Below, piece after piece: positions 31,590 through 41,424 of a DNA stretch of 64,000 nucleotides. Source of the stretch: Myxococcota bacterium (GTDB lineage: Bacteria > Myxococcota_A > UBA9160 > UBA4427); the NCBI GenBank assembly GCA_036336835.1, contig JAYZFK010000082.1, positions 1-64,000 on the forward strand, given 5' to 3'. Each line of letters starts with the position of its first letter. Positions within the stretch are counted from its first letter, which is position 1. The notes under the pieces were generated by a model. That model did not search any database. It saw only the letters and a program-made list of their open reading frames with translations, and was not told the origin of the DNA. A program made the position numbers and the translations under genes.

Positions 31590-32987
31590 CTAGCCCGTCC
31601 CGCGAGCTCTGGCGCCGCGGCCCCACTTGGCGGGCGGTGCGGCTCGGGGTGTGCGTCCGGGGAGGGATTCGAGCAGGCTCGCAAGCGTGCGGTCGCGGGC
31701 GATCGGTTGCGAGACGCGCGCGAGCTCCGCCACGACATCGCCGATCAGGCGAGTCGAATCCGCCGGCCCCTCGCCCTTGCGGGCCGGAAGCTCCGGGGCA
31801 CCCCGGACGGCCGCCAGCACATCGGCCAGCCGAATGTCGACTGCGGGCCGCCCGAGCTGGTAGCCGGGCTCTCGCCCCTCGGGCGAGCAGGCCGACACGA
31901 TCTGTTCGTCCTCGAGCACTGCGAGCACCTCGCGCGCGATCCGCACGGGGATCCCGAGCTGCTCGCCGAGGGCCTCCGCGGTCGCCAGGCCCTCGCGGTC
32001 GCGGAAGGCGCGCGCCACCTCGAGCGCAATGCACAGCGCGAGGATCTCGCGTTCCGCGGCGCTCGGCGGGCTGCCCTGCACCTCGCGCCGATAGCTCGCC
32101 AGGTTCTGGTGGGCGAACGAAATCTCCGCGCCCAGCAGGAAGATCGCCATCGACACGTAGATCCAGACCAGCAGCAGCGGCACGGTCGCGGCAGCGCCGA
32201 ACAGTGCGTCATAGCGAGCCGCGCCGACACCCAGCTTGACGTACGTCGACTGCGCGAGCCCAAAGAGGATCGCCGCCACCACACCCCCCAGGACAGCGGA
32301 GCGGAGGCGCACCGAGGTATTCGGCAGGAACCAGTAGATGAACGAGAACGCCCCGACGAGCAGCAGGAATGGCGCATAGCGAAGCCCGGCCGAGTAGAAC
32401 CTGTCGAAGAGCGGAAACTGCAGCAGCCATGCCACGATGGGCTCGCTCTGCAGCGTGGTGCCGAGCGAGAGCGAGATCGCGAGCAACAGCGGCGCCACGA
32501 TCAGCACCGCCAGGTAGTCGGTGAAGCGCCGCGTCCAGGAACGACCGCGCACGACACCCCAGATCGAGTTGACGGCGTGCTCGCCATGGCGCAGAGCGAG
32601 CACCGTGGCCACCAACAAGAGCGCGGCTCCGACGGTTCCGAAGCCCGAGAGGTCGACCTTGCGGACGTAGGGCAACACGGTCTCGCGCGCACCCGGGATC
32701 GCCAGGTAGTCGATGCCAGCCGCGACCAGCCCCTCGGTCACGCCGAGGCCCTTCAGCACGGCGAGCACGACCACCAGTGCCGGGATCAGCGCCAGCGACG
32801 CCATGTAGGTGAGCGCGCTCGCGCGCAGCAGCAACTCATCGCGCACGAAGCCCTCGACCACCACATAGCCGAACTGGAGCAGGCGGATCGGCCCGGTTGC
32901 GATCGAGCCGCCCTCGAGCTCCGTGTGCCACAGGTCGCGCAGCAGAAAGCGGCGAGCACGCTCGAAGATTTCGCTCGGTGCGGTCAT
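31590..32987 (-). CDS. YihY/BrkB-family membrane protein with a C-terminal Rrf2-like winged HTH
   Basis: RASALTYMASLALIP, NSIWG, YWFLPNT, YDALFGAAATVPLLLVWIY...LLGAE; tail LGIPVRIAREVLAVL...GYQLGRPAVDIRLADVLAAVRG. Confidence 0.82.
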   Translation of the reverse strand: MTAPSEIFERARRFLLRDLWHTELEGGSIATGPIRLLQFGYVVVEGFVRDELLLRASALTYMASLALIPALVVVLAVLKGLGVTEGLVAAGIDYLAIPGARETVLPYVRKVDLSGFGTVGAALLLVATVLALRHGEHAVNSIWGVVRGRSWTRRFTDYLAVLIVAPLLLAISLSLGTTLQSEPIVAWLLQFPLFDRFYSAGLRYAPFLLLVGAFSFIYWFLPNTSVRLRSAVLGGVVAAILFGLAQSTYVKLGVGAARYDALFGAAATVPLLLVWIYVSMAIFLLGAEISFAHQNLASYRREVQGSPPSAAEREILALCIALEVARAFRDREGLATAEALGEQLGIPVRIAREVLAVLEDEQIVSACSPEGREPGYQLGRPAVDIRLADVLAAVRGAPELPARKGEGPADSTRLIGDVVAELARVSQPIARDRTLASLLESLPGRTPRAAPPAKWGRGARARGTG

Positions 32988-33409
32988 CGGACTCCCTGGG
33001 CAGAGCTTGGACGAGTTGGGTACGAGTCGGCAACGACCTGCTCGATCTGCAGCCAGGACCGGAGCGTTTCGACCGTCCTGGGGCCGATTCCATTCACCCG
33101 TTCGAGATCCTCGAGCTGCCGAAACCGGCCTCGTGCCCGCGCGGCCACGATTGCCAACGCACGTGCGGGGCCGATTCCCGGGAGCAAGACCAGCTCCGCG
33201 GCGGTCGCCCGATTCGGATCGAGTCCAGCGCCGAACAGCAACCGTGCCGCGCCCGCCAGCGCCTGCGGGCCCTCGCTGCAGGCGCGAAGGGCCGCGGGGC
33301 TGTCTGGAGCGCTGCAGGCGTGCAGCGAGCGAGGACGCGCGTCGCAGAGGGCAACGACCAGCGGCAGCAGCATCCAGACGAGCGCGGCGGTCGCCGGGGC
33401 GTCGCGCAT
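32984..33409 (-). CDS. ComEA-like helix-hairpin-helix DNA-binding protein
   Basis: LDPNRATAAELVLLPGIGPARALAIV...GRFRQLEDLERVNGIGPRTVE with a hydrophobic N-terminus. Confidence 0.82.
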   Translation of the reverse strand: MRDAPATAALVWMLLPLVVALCDARPRSLHACSAPDSPAALRACSEGPQALAGAARLLFGAGLDPNRATAAELVLLPGIGPARALAIVAARARGRFRQLEDLERVNGIGPRTVETLRSWLQIEQVVADSYPTRPSSAQGVR

Positions 33410-33444
33410 GGAAATCTCCCCGGGACCGGGGCGTGAAACGAAAA

Positions 33445-34683
33445 CTACTCGGGAACGGGCTCGGAGGCGCCGTCCTCGATGAAGGCGGCGTGAAGCGCAC
33501 GCACGGCGCGCTCACTGTACTGCTCATCGATCACGACCGAGACCTTGATCTCGCTCGTGGTGATCATCTGGATGTTGATGCCCTCGTCGGCCAGCACGGC
33601 GAACATACGGTTGGCCACACCGGCGTGGTCTTTCATGCCAAGGCCCACGATCGAGACCTTGGCCACCTCGTCGTCGGCTTCGACCCCGGCTGCGCCCGTC
33701 CGCGCGGCGGCCGTCGTGGCCAGATCGAGCGCCCGCGCGTAATCGCTCCGTGGCACCGTGAAGGTCAAGTCGGTCGTCTGATCCGAACCCACGTTCTGGA
33801 TGATCATGTCGACCACGATGCCGGCATCGGACAACGGAGAGAAGATCGCATTCGCCACGCCGGGCTGGTCCTTCACGCCGCATACGCGAATCTTGGCCTC
33901 ATCTCGGTTGTAGGTAACCCCGGACACGATCAGCCGCTCCATAACATCCTCCTCACGCACGACCCAGGTGCCCTCGCCGGTCTCGAAGCTCGAGCGAACG
34001 TGGATCGGCAAGCCGTAGCGCGTCGCGAATTTGACCGAGCGGATCTGCAGCACCTTCGCTCCCAGGCTGGCCATCTCGAGCATCTCGTCGAACGAGATGC
34101 GATCGAGCTTGCGAGCCTTCTCGCACAGGCGCGGATCGGCGGTGTAGACGCCATCGACATCGGTATAGATCTCACACACGTCCGCGCCCAGCGCGCACGC
34201 TACGGCGACTGCCGAGGTGTCCGAGCCGCCGCGTCCCAGCGTCGTGATGTTGCCGTCGTCGTCGGTGCCCTGGAAGCCGGCGATGACCGCCACGGCGCCG
34301 CGGTCGAGCACCCGGCGCAGCGCCTGCGTGTCGATCCGACGGATCCGTGCGCGCGTGTGTGCCGCATCGGTGAGCATGCCCATCTGTGTACCGGTAAAGC
34401 TCTGAGCATCGACCCCGAGCTGGTGGAGCGCCAGCGAGAGCAGCGCGATCGTCTTCTGCTCGCCCGAGGACACGAGCACGTCGTACTCGCGCGGCGAGGG
34501 TGCGTCGCCGCCGAGCTCATGGGCCAGGTCGATCAGTGCACTGGTCTCGCCGGCCATGGCAGACACGCACGCCACGACCTGATTGCCGGCGCGATGGGCC
34601 GCGACAACGCGGCGCGCGGCGTTTCGAATCCGCTCCGGATCGCCGACGCTCGTCCCACCGAATTTCTGTACGACTAGCGCCAC
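33445..34683 (-). CDS. lysC: Aspartate kinase
   Basis: [51 protein letters not shown], two ACT domains; start GTG 34683. Confidence 0.96.
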   Translation of the reverse strand: MALVVQKFGGTSVGDPERIRNAARRVVAAHRAGNQVVACVSAMAGETSALIDLAHELGGDAPSPREYDVLVSSGEQKTIALLSLALHQLGVDAQSFTGTQMGMLTDAAHTRARIRRIDTQALRRVLDRGAVAVIAGFQGTDDDGNITTLGRGGSDTSAVAVACALGADVCEIYTDVDGVYTADPRLCEKARKLDRISFDEMLEMASLGAKVLQIRSVKFATRYGLPIHVRSSFETGEGTWVVREEDVMERLIVSGVTYNRDEAKIRVCGVKDQPGVANAIFSPLSDAGIVVDMIIQNVGSDQTTDLTFTVPRSDYARALDLATTAAARTGAAGVEADDEVAKVSIVGLGMKDHAGVANRMFAVLADEGINIQMITTSEIKVSVVIDEQYSERAVRALHAAFIEDGASEPVPE

Positions 34684-34690
34684 GTCCCTC

Positions 34691-35272
34691 TCAGCCTCGC
34701 CCCCCGTCCAGGCCGCCACTGGCGAGGACACGTTCCCAGCGCGTGAGCACCGCGCCCGCGACTGCGCCGGTGGCGAACGCGGTGATCTGCCGCGACGTAG
34801 CGGGGGGCGTAGCCTTCCCGACCTGGGCGTCGGGTGCCAGCCCGGGGCGCTCGAGCGTGACCTCGAGCCGATCGCACGGCAGCGCGGTCGGGAAGCGGTC
34901 TGCCCATTCGACTGCCAGCACGTTTCCCGGCTCGAGCAGGTCCACGAAGCCCGCCGCATCGAGCTCCGCAGCGGCCTCGAGCCGGTACAGGTCGACGTGG
35001 ACGAGCCGGCCTCCAGAAGAAAGCGAGTACTCACTTATTATTGTGAAGGTCGGGCTCACGATCGCCTGGCCCTCCACCCCGAGCCCCTCGGCAAGCCCCT
35101 GCGTGAACAGCGTCTTGCCGGCACCGAGTTGGCCGATCAGCGCCACCACGAAGGGCTCCCGGGCGCGGGCCGAGCCGATCGTCCGGGCGAGCTCCCGCGC
35201 GGCCTCACGAGTCGCCTCAGGACCCGGCGAAGTCCAGCAGTAGACCAGACGCGGGGGCTCGGGAGTGGACAT
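34691..35272 (-). CDS. tsaE: tRNA t6A biosynthesis ATPase
   Basis: [37 protein letters not shown]; follows nnr as in the conserved yjeF-yjeE pair. Confidence 0.92.
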   Translation of the reverse strand: MSTPEPPRLVYCWTSPGPEATREAARELARTIGSARAREPFVVALIGQLGAGKTLFTQGLAEGLGVEGQAIVSPTFTIISEYSLSSGGRLVHVDLYRLEAAAELDAAGFVDLLEPGNVLAVEWADRFPTALPCDRLEVTLERPGLAPDAQVGKATPPATSRQITAFATGAVAGAVLTRWERVLASGGLDGGRG

Positions 35273-36830
35273 CCGGCGCAGCTTCGCGCAGATCGCGCAG
35301 CGTTGCCGGGAGCGCGTCGGCCAGCTCACTCGCCAGCAGTCCGGCGTCGCCCTCACGGGCCGTAATGCGGTCCCCCGCGGAACCGTGCAGCCAGGCGGCC
35401 AGAGCACCGGCCTCGCTGGGAGCAACCCCCTGCCCGACCAGCGCAGCGACGATTCCGGTCAAGACGTCGCCGGTTCCCGCCGTGCCCAGCGCAGGGCCGC
35501 CCGTGGTGTTGACGGACGCAAAGCCCTCGCTCGTCGCCGTCACAGTGGGGGCCCCCTTGAGGACGACGATGGCGCGCGCGCGACGTGCGAGCTCGCGGGC
35601 AGCGCCCAGCCGATCGCCGTTCAGTGCGGCTGGCGTCGTTGCGAGTAGACGCGCGGCCTCCCCGGGGTGTGGAGTCAGCACGGTCGCCGCCTCCCGGCCC
35701 GCCAGGATCGAAGGGTCTCCGCCCAGCGCGTTCAGTCCATCGGCGTCGAGGACCAGCGGTCGCGCACAACGCTTGACGAAGGTCTGCACGAGCACGTCGG
35801 TATCCGGGTCGCGGCCGAGGCCCGGTCCGAGCGCCACGACATCGCGTTCGCGCGCGAGCGCGAGCAGGCTCTCCTCAGCGGTCGCAGACAAGCCACGGCC
35901 GGGCGTGTCGGCGACCGCCACGGTCATCGCCTCGGTGCACAAGGTCTCGAGGATGTCGTTCAGGCCGGCCGGGCAGGCAAGTGTAACCAGCCCAGCGCCT
36001 GCGCGGGCAGCCGCCCGGGCCGCGAGCGCAGCCGCCCCCGTCTTGCCCTCGGAGCCCGCGATCAGCAACACGTGACCGAAGCGACCCTTGTGTCCGGTGC
36101 GGGGACGCGCCGGCAGTGCCCCGCGCGCCCGCGTGCGGTCGTAGCTCTCGGCGAGCGGACGCACTCCGGGGGCGGAGTCGGCGATCCCGATCCGCGCCAC
36201 CAGCACGCGACCGCTGAGCGAACGTCCGGGCTCGAGCGCGAGCCCGCACTTCGGGAGGCCGATCGTGACCGTGAGGTCAGCCCGGACGCAGGCGCCGAGC
36301 TCCTGACCGGTGTCGGAATCGAGCCCCGATGGAACGTCGACGGCAACCACCCGTGCGCCGTATTGTCGCTGGCGCTCGATCGCCGCGATAGCGCGCCCGG
36401 GTTCGCTATCGACAGCAACCTCGCGCGCCAGCCCGGTGCCGAAGATTGCGTCCACCACGACGCCAGCACGGCCGCCCGCGTCGATCGCATCGACCCCGAC
36501 CTCGTGCGACACGCCCATACGCTGCAGCCGAGCAAAGTTTGCAGCCGCCGCGCCGCGCAGCCGCGCGGGGTCCGCAAGCAGGACGGCCCGGACCACCACA
36601 CCAAGCGCGAACAGCTGGCGGGCGACGACCAGGCCATCACCGCCGTTGTTGCCGCTGCCGCAGACGACGAGCACGGCGTCGCGCGTCGAATCGCGAAGCG
36701 CGAGTACGGCCTCGACCACTGCGCGACCGGCACTCTCCATCAGCAGATCGCCGGGAACACCCAGCCCATCGATCGTATGCGCGTCCAGCGCGCGCATGTC
36801 GGCTCGGGTCACCAGCGGCCAAGACGCCAC
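35217..36830 (-). CDS. nnr: Bifunctional NAD(P)H-hydrate epimerase/dehydratase (YjeF)
   Basis: LMESAG, CGSGNNGGDG, DAIFGTG, AVDVPSG, HKGRFG, GPGLG, LDADGL, LTPHPGE, AGTGDVLTG. Confidence 0.94.
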   Translation of the reverse strand: MASWPLVTRADMRALDAHTIDGLGVPGDLLMESAGRAVVEAVLALRDSTRDAVLVVCGSGNNGGDGLVVARQLFALGVVVRAVLLADPARLRGAAAANFARLQRMGVSHEVGVDAIDAGGRAGVVVDAIFGTGLAREVAVDSEPGRAIAAIERQRQYGARVVAVDVPSGLDSDTGQELGACVRADLTVTIGLPKCGLALEPGRSLSGRVLVARIGIADSAPGVRPLAESYDRTRARGALPARPRTGHKGRFGHVLLIAGSEGKTGAAALAARAAARAGAGLVTLACPAGLNDILETLCTEAMTVAVADTPGRGLSATAEESLLALARERDVVALGPGLGRDPDTDVLVQTFVKRCARPLVLDADGLNALGGDPSILAGREAATVLTPHPGEAARLLATTPAALNGDRLGAARELARRARAIVVLKGAPTVTATSEGFASVNTTGGPALGTAGTGDVLTGIVAALVGQGVAPSEAGALAAWLHGSAGDRITAREGDAGLLASELADALPATLRDLREAAPDVHSRAPASGLLLDFAGS

Positions 36831-36849
36831 GACAGACGAGTCCCGCCGG

Positions 36850-37563
36850 CTATTCCACGCGCGTGCGCAGATCCCGCACGGCGCGCTCGACGCCCACGAG
36901 CAGGGCGCGCGCGGTGAACGCTCGGCCAACCACGACGCGATCGGCCGAGGGCACGACGGCCAGCACCTCGGGCAGGCTGCGTTCGTCGAGGCCGCCGCCG
37001 AGCGCGAGCGCCATGTGCAGCTTGCTGGCGAGCCGGCCGGCATCGCCCAACGCCTCGAGCGCTGTCTTGCGCTCCGCGCCGGGCAGATCGACGGTCGCTC
37101 CCGTGTAGAGCTCGAGAGCTTGTGCTCCCAGCCGGTGAGCGGCCTTCACGGAGTCGAGCTCGGGCGCGATCAACAGCGCGGCCGGGATACCCGCATCCTC
37201 GAGCGAGCGCAGCATGGGCTGGACCGTGTGTGCCTGCGTGCGCAGCTCCAGCGGCGTCGCGCCACCCAGGTTCTGCCAGCTCTCGCCCGCGATCACCACA
37301 CGATCCGGTCGGGCTTCGAGCGCGGCCTTGAGCAGGCTCGGGCTCGCCGTCATGCGTAGCTCGAGCCCGCGGCTCACCCGACGCAGGTGCTGCACTTCGC
37401 TCTCACCGATCAGCCGCAGATCCTCGGTCAGCGTGACACGCACGGCCGCCGCGCCCGCGAGCTCGGCGAGCGTCGCCGCAGCGGCAAGATCGATGCCCAT
37501 CCGCCCGCCCGCGGCCTCGGCCAGCCTCGCTACCGGATCGATCGAAACCACCAGTGAGCGCAT
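36850..37563 (-). CDS. PdxJ (PNP synthase)-fold protein lacking the catalytic residues; probable pseudoenzyme
   Basis: Aligns end to end with PdxJ (VSIDPVA / AELAGA..VTLTEDLRLI / DAGI / ELYTG / GGGL / VGRAFTARA) in the usual post-glmM position, but the NIDH, HLREDRRH, NLE, TTEGG, GHGL and NIGH motifs are all altered. Confidence 0.8.
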   Translation of the reverse strand: MRSLVVSIDPVARLAEAAGGRMGIDLAAAATLAELAGAAAVRVTLTEDLRLIGESEVQHLRRVSRGLELRMTASPSLLKAALEARPDRVVIAGESWQNLGGATPLELRTQAHTVQPMLRSLEDAGIPAALLIAPELDSVKAAHRLGAQALELYTGATVDLPGAERKTALEALGDAGRLASKLHMALALGGGLDERSLPEVLAVVPSADRVVVGRAFTARALLVGVERAVRDLRTRVE

Positions 37564-38930
37564 CAACTCCCCCCGCCGACAACACGGCGCACGACGTCCG
37601 CAAGATCGGCCGCGTACTCGCAGACGCGTCGCTCGTCACGTCCCTCGACCATGACACGGGCCTTGAGCTCGGTGCCGCTGTAGCGAATCAGCACTCGGCC
37701 CTGCCCTGCCAGCGCCGACTCGATGCGGCGGATCGCCTGCTGCACGGCTGGCAGTGATTCTAACGGCGGCTTGTCTGCCACCTCGATGTTGAGCAACACC
37801 TGCGGATAATGCACGAAGTCGGCGGTCAGCTCGGAGAGCCGCTTGCCGGTCCGGGCCAGGATGCCGAGCACCTGCAGTGCCGTCATCAGTCCATCGCCCG
37901 TGCGGCCGTGATCCGAGAAGATCAGGTGTCCCGACTGCTCACCGCCGAGGTTGTAGCCGCCGCTGCGCATCGCTTCGACGACGTGACGGTCGCCCACCTG
38001 GACGCGCTCGAGCTCCAGCCCCGCGTCGGCAAGCGATTTCTCGAGCCCGAGGTTGCTCATCACGGTCGCGACGACGCCACCGCCCTTCAGCAGCTCGCGC
38101 TCGGCCAGATTGCGTGCGCACAGCGCAAGGATCTGGTCGCCGTCGACGACCTCGCCACGCTCGTCGATCAGGATCACCCGGTCGGCGTCACCATCGACGG
38201 CGATGCCGACGTCGGCGCGCACTTCGCGCACCTTGCCAGCAGCGTACATCGGATGCGTCGAGCCACAGCCCTCGTTGATGTTGCGCCCGTTGGGCTCGAC
38301 CGCGAGCGCGAACACCTCGGCACCGAGTTCGGACAGCACAGTTGGCCCGACCTTGTAGGCGGCGCCGTTGGCGCAGTCGAGCACGACGCGCAGACCGTCG
38401 AGCTTGAGCTGCGCTGGAAACGTATTCTTGAGGTAGACCACATAGCGGCCTTCGGCGTCGTCGATGCGCGTCGCCTGTCCGATCTCGTCGGAGTCCGCGA
38501 GCGCGTGGGCGAGCTCGCCGCTGCGGAGCAGCTGCTCGATCTGGCTTTCGATCGCATCGGGCAGCTTGTAGCCGTCGTGACCGAAGAACTTGATGCCGTT
38601 GTCCTGATACTTGTTGTGGCTGGCCGAGATCATCACACCGGCATCGCAGCGCATGTCCACCGTCAGAAAGGCCAGCGCAGGAGTCGGCATCGGGCCGACC
38701 TGGATCACGTTGACGCCCATCGAGCTCACCCCCGAGGCGAGCGCGTCCTCGAACATGTAGCCCGACAGTCGAGTATCCTTGCCGATCAGGATGCGGTGCC
38801 GTCCTCGCCCGCGACCGCGGAACACGTGCGCGATCGCCTGGCCGAGCTGCAACGCGATGCTGGGCGTCATGGGATGGACGTTCGCGGTGCCGCGGACGCC
38901 GTCGGTTCCGAACAGTTTGCCTTCGCTCAC
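37563..38930 (-). CDS. glmM: Phosphoglucosamine mutase
   Basis: LFGTDGVRG, GKDTRLSGYM, MISASHN, DGDADR, GGEQSGH, RYSGTE. Confidence 0.97.
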   Translation of the reverse strand: MSEGKLFGTDGVRGTANVHPMTPSIALQLGQAIAHVFRGRGRGRHRILIGKDTRLSGYMFEDALASGVSSMGVNVIQVGPMPTPALAFLTVDMRCDAGVMISASHNKYQDNGIKFFGHDGYKLPDAIESQIEQLLRSGELAHALADSDEIGQATRIDDAEGRYVVYLKNTFPAQLKLDGLRVVLDCANGAAYKVGPTVLSELGAEVFALAVEPNGRNINEGCGSTHPMYAAGKVREVRADVGIAVDGDADRVILIDERGEVVDGDQILALCARNLAERELLKGGGVVATVMSNLGLEKSLADAGLELERVQVGDRHVVEAMRSGGYNLGGEQSGHLIFSDHGRTGDGLMTALQVLGILARTGKRLSELTADFVHYPQVLLNIEVADKPPLESLPAVQQAIRRIESALAGQGRVLIRYSGTELKARVMVEGRDERRVCEYAADLADVVRRVVGGGS

Positions 38931-39622
38931 CCGGTCTCTCCCGGCCCATCGACCTCGAGGGTCTCATCGGGCTCGATCGCCTCGATCTCGATCACGATTC
39001 GCACCGGCTCCTCGTCCTCCTTCCACACGCTGCCCCCACCGAGGTAGAGCCGCACTTCGCGTTCTTCGCTCTCGGCGAGGCCAGTCAGCACGATTGGCTC
39101 GGTCACGACCTCGTCGAGCTTGAGCACCTGGCTTCGCGCGCCCGCCAGCCATACTCGACTCGGCACCACGCGGAGATCCTTGAGCCGAAAGCCCTCTGCC
39201 GGCTCCCCCTCGAGGTCGGGGTGGACAGTGACCGGCTTGCGGGCCTTGGCGTCGAGCCGCAGGGTGATCTGCGATGGCGCGAGCTGCGTAGTGCTAACCC
39301 CACGCGGCAGTGAAACCGGCGGGTTGGGCACATTGATCGTGGTGACGCCGCGCTTGCTGCTGCTGATGTCGATAGGAAACGACAGCTGATCCTTCTCGAT
39401 GTTGCGCAACGCCGCCGCCGACCCGCGCACGTGAATGCTGAGCTCGTCCGCTTTCCTCTCGGTGATCACGAGCGACTCCGGAACCCCGCGGAGCTCTACC
39501 GGAACGGTGAGCACTTGCTCGATGTTCGCCTGCCCCTGAGAGAGAGCCCACAAGAGGCTCGCGATCAGGAACGCGCTCACCAAGAGCAGTGGGCGAAAGC
39601 TTGAAATGCGACGGCGCACCAA
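38927..39622 (-). CDS. cdaR: CdaR/YbbR-like regulator of diadenylate cyclase
   Basis: N-terminal TM (LIASLLW) followed by two YbbR-like beta domains (VPVELRGVP..., VHPDLEGEPAEGF...VVPSRVWLAG); sits between cdaA and glmM. Confidence 0.8.
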   Translation of the reverse strand: MVRRRISSFRPLLLVSAFLIASLLWALSQGQANIEQVLTVPVELRGVPESLVITERKADELSIHVRGSAAALRNIEKDQLSFPIDISSSKRGVTTINVPNPPVSLPRGVSTTQLAPSQITLRLDAKARKPVTVHPDLEGEPAEGFRLKDLRVVPSRVWLAGARSQVLKLDEVVTEPIVLTGLAESEEREVRLYLGGGSVWKEDEEPVRIVIEIEAIEPDETLEVDGPGETG

Positions 39623-39665
39623 CGTGTAACTCCCCGGCCTGTCTCGACCTCGACCCGCGGCGGGC

Positions 39666-40538
39666 CTACGAAGCGCTCGGCGTTTCCTGCGGCGGGCCCG
39701 CCAGCTCCAGCGGGCGCTTCACATCCTCGGCCGCCGCCGGCAGCTCCTTGCGCTCGCCAGTGAGGATTTCCTGCAGCAGCACGCGCAGGTGCGGACCATC
39801 GATGTCGCGCAGCATTTCACCTCCGAGCACGACCGAGATGCCCGCGGTCTCCTCGGACACGACGATCACGAGGGCGTCGCTCTGCTCGGTGACTCCGACG
39901 GCGGCACGGTGGCGCGTTCCCACACCCTCGGGCAAATCCTGACTCAGTGTGAGCGGCAGGATGCATCCGGCCGACAGGACGCGGCCGTCGCGCACCACGA
40001 CTGCGCCGTCGTGCAGTGGCGACTGCGTCTGGAAGATCGAAATCAGCAGGTCGGTCGAGAGTTCGGCATTGATCGACGTTCCCTGCTCGATCTGATCCGA
40101 CAGTGCGCTCTCGCGCTCGAGCACGATGAGCGCTCCGGTCGCGCGATGGGCCAGAACCTGGGCCGCGCGTACGACCTCCTCGACCATCGCCGACGCTTCC
40201 TGATCCGGACGCAGGAACAGGCCGAATCGCCCAACGCGCGCAAGGGCCCGCCGGATGTCGTGCTGGAACAGCACGACGATGATCAAGACGGCCGATCCCA
40301 TGAATGTGTCGAGGATCCAGCGAGTCGTGGCGAACTGGAAGAACTGCGAGGCTAGCGAGAGCGCGATCAGCACGATGACGCCGAACAGGATCTGGACCGC
40401 GCGGGTGCCGCGGATCAGCAGCAATAGCCAGTAGATCGCGAAGGTGACCAGGCCGATGTCGATGGCGTCGCGCCACGAGAACTTGCCGCCGGCGAACTCG
40501 ATGAAATCCTGCAGCAGCTGCCAGCCGTACTCGATCAT
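39666..40538 (-). CDS. cdaA: Diadenylate cyclase CdaA/DacA
   Basis: Three TM helices, RGTRA, FQHDIRRAL, GALIV, SPLHDGA and GTRHRAA catalytic motifs, VVSEETA. Confidence 0.95.
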   Translation of the reverse strand: MIEYGWQLLQDFIEFAGGKFSWRDAIDIGLVTFAIYWLLLLIRGTRAVQILFGVIVLIALSLASQFFQFATTRWILDTFMGSAVLIIVVLFQHDIRRALARVGRFGLFLRPDQEASAMVEEVVRAAQVLAHRATGALIVLERESALSDQIEQGTSINAELSTDLLISIFQTQSPLHDGAVVVRDGRVLSAGCILPLTLSQDLPEGVGTRHRAAVGVTEQSDALVIVVSEETAGISVVLGGEMLRDIDGPHLRVLLQEILTGERKELPAAAEDVKRPLELAGPPQETPSAS

Positions 40539-41413
40539 GTCCGCCCCTTCTGCTGCGCCGCACCGAGCGCACGGCCAACCTCCACCGCACGCCGCGCTCC
40601 CGCAACGTCGTGGACACGCACCGCGTCGACTCCGAGGAAGGCCGCAACCGCGCAGGCGGCGTGGCTCGCCTGGTCGCGATCGCCGACAGGCTCGCCGGTC
40701 AAGGTGCCGAGAAACGATTTGCGCGACGCGCCGAGCATCACCGGAAGCCCCAGCTGCTCACGCAGGCGCGAGACACCGGCGATCAGCGCGAGGTTGTCCT
40801 CGAGGCGTTTGCCAAACCCGATGCCGGGATCGACGACGATGCGCGAGCGGGCGACGCCGGCGCGCTCGGCGATCGCGACGCTCACCGCGAGCTCGTTCAA
40901 AACCTCGCTGAGCACGTCGTCATACTGCGGCTCGCGCTGCATGTTCGCCGGAGTTCCCCGCATGTGACCGATCACCAGCGTGGCAGCGTGGCGCGCTGCC
41001 ACGGCCGGAAGCTCTGGATCGTGGTGGCAGCCAGACACGTCATTGACGATGCTGGCCCCCGCGTGCAGAGCGGCGTCAGCCACCTCGGACTTGCGGGTGT
41101 CGATCGAAATGCCGATCTCGCGGGCGGAGACGACGTCACGCAGGGCTTCGACGACCGGAAGTGTGCGGGCCAGCTCGACTTGGGCCGAGACACCAGTCGA
41201 TCCGGGACGCGTCGACTCCCCCCCCACGTCGAGGACGTGCGCGCCCGACACGACGAACTCCTTGGCAACTGCGAGCGCGCCCTCCACATCGACGGCTGCA
41301 CCCGCGCGAGCGGCCACGAAGCGTCCGCCGTCCGAGAACGAATCGGGAGTGGTGTTCAGGACGCCGACGATCGTCGTACGGTGCCCAGGGAAGTCGCAAC
41401 GGCTGTCCGCCAC
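40535..41413 (-). CDS. folP: Dihydropteroate synthase
   Basis: GVLNTTPDSFSDGG, DVGGESTRPG, SIDTRK, DPGIGFGK, GASRKSF, RVHDV. Confidence 0.96.
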   Translation of the reverse strand: MADSRCDFPGHRTTIVGVLNTTPDSFSDGGRFVAARAGAAVDVEGALAVAKEFVVSGAHVLDVGGESTRPGSTGVSAQVELARTLPVVEALRDVVSAREIGISIDTRKSEVADAALHAGASIVNDVSGCHHDPELPAVAARHAATLVIGHMRGTPANMQREPQYDDVLSEVLNELAVSVAIAERAGVARSRIVVDPGIGFGKRLEDNLALIAGVSRLREQLGLPVMLGASRKSFLGTLTGEPVGDRDQASHAACAVAAFLGVDAVRVHDVAGARRAVEVGRALGAAQQKGRT

Positions 41414-41424
41414 GGCGGGCCCCT

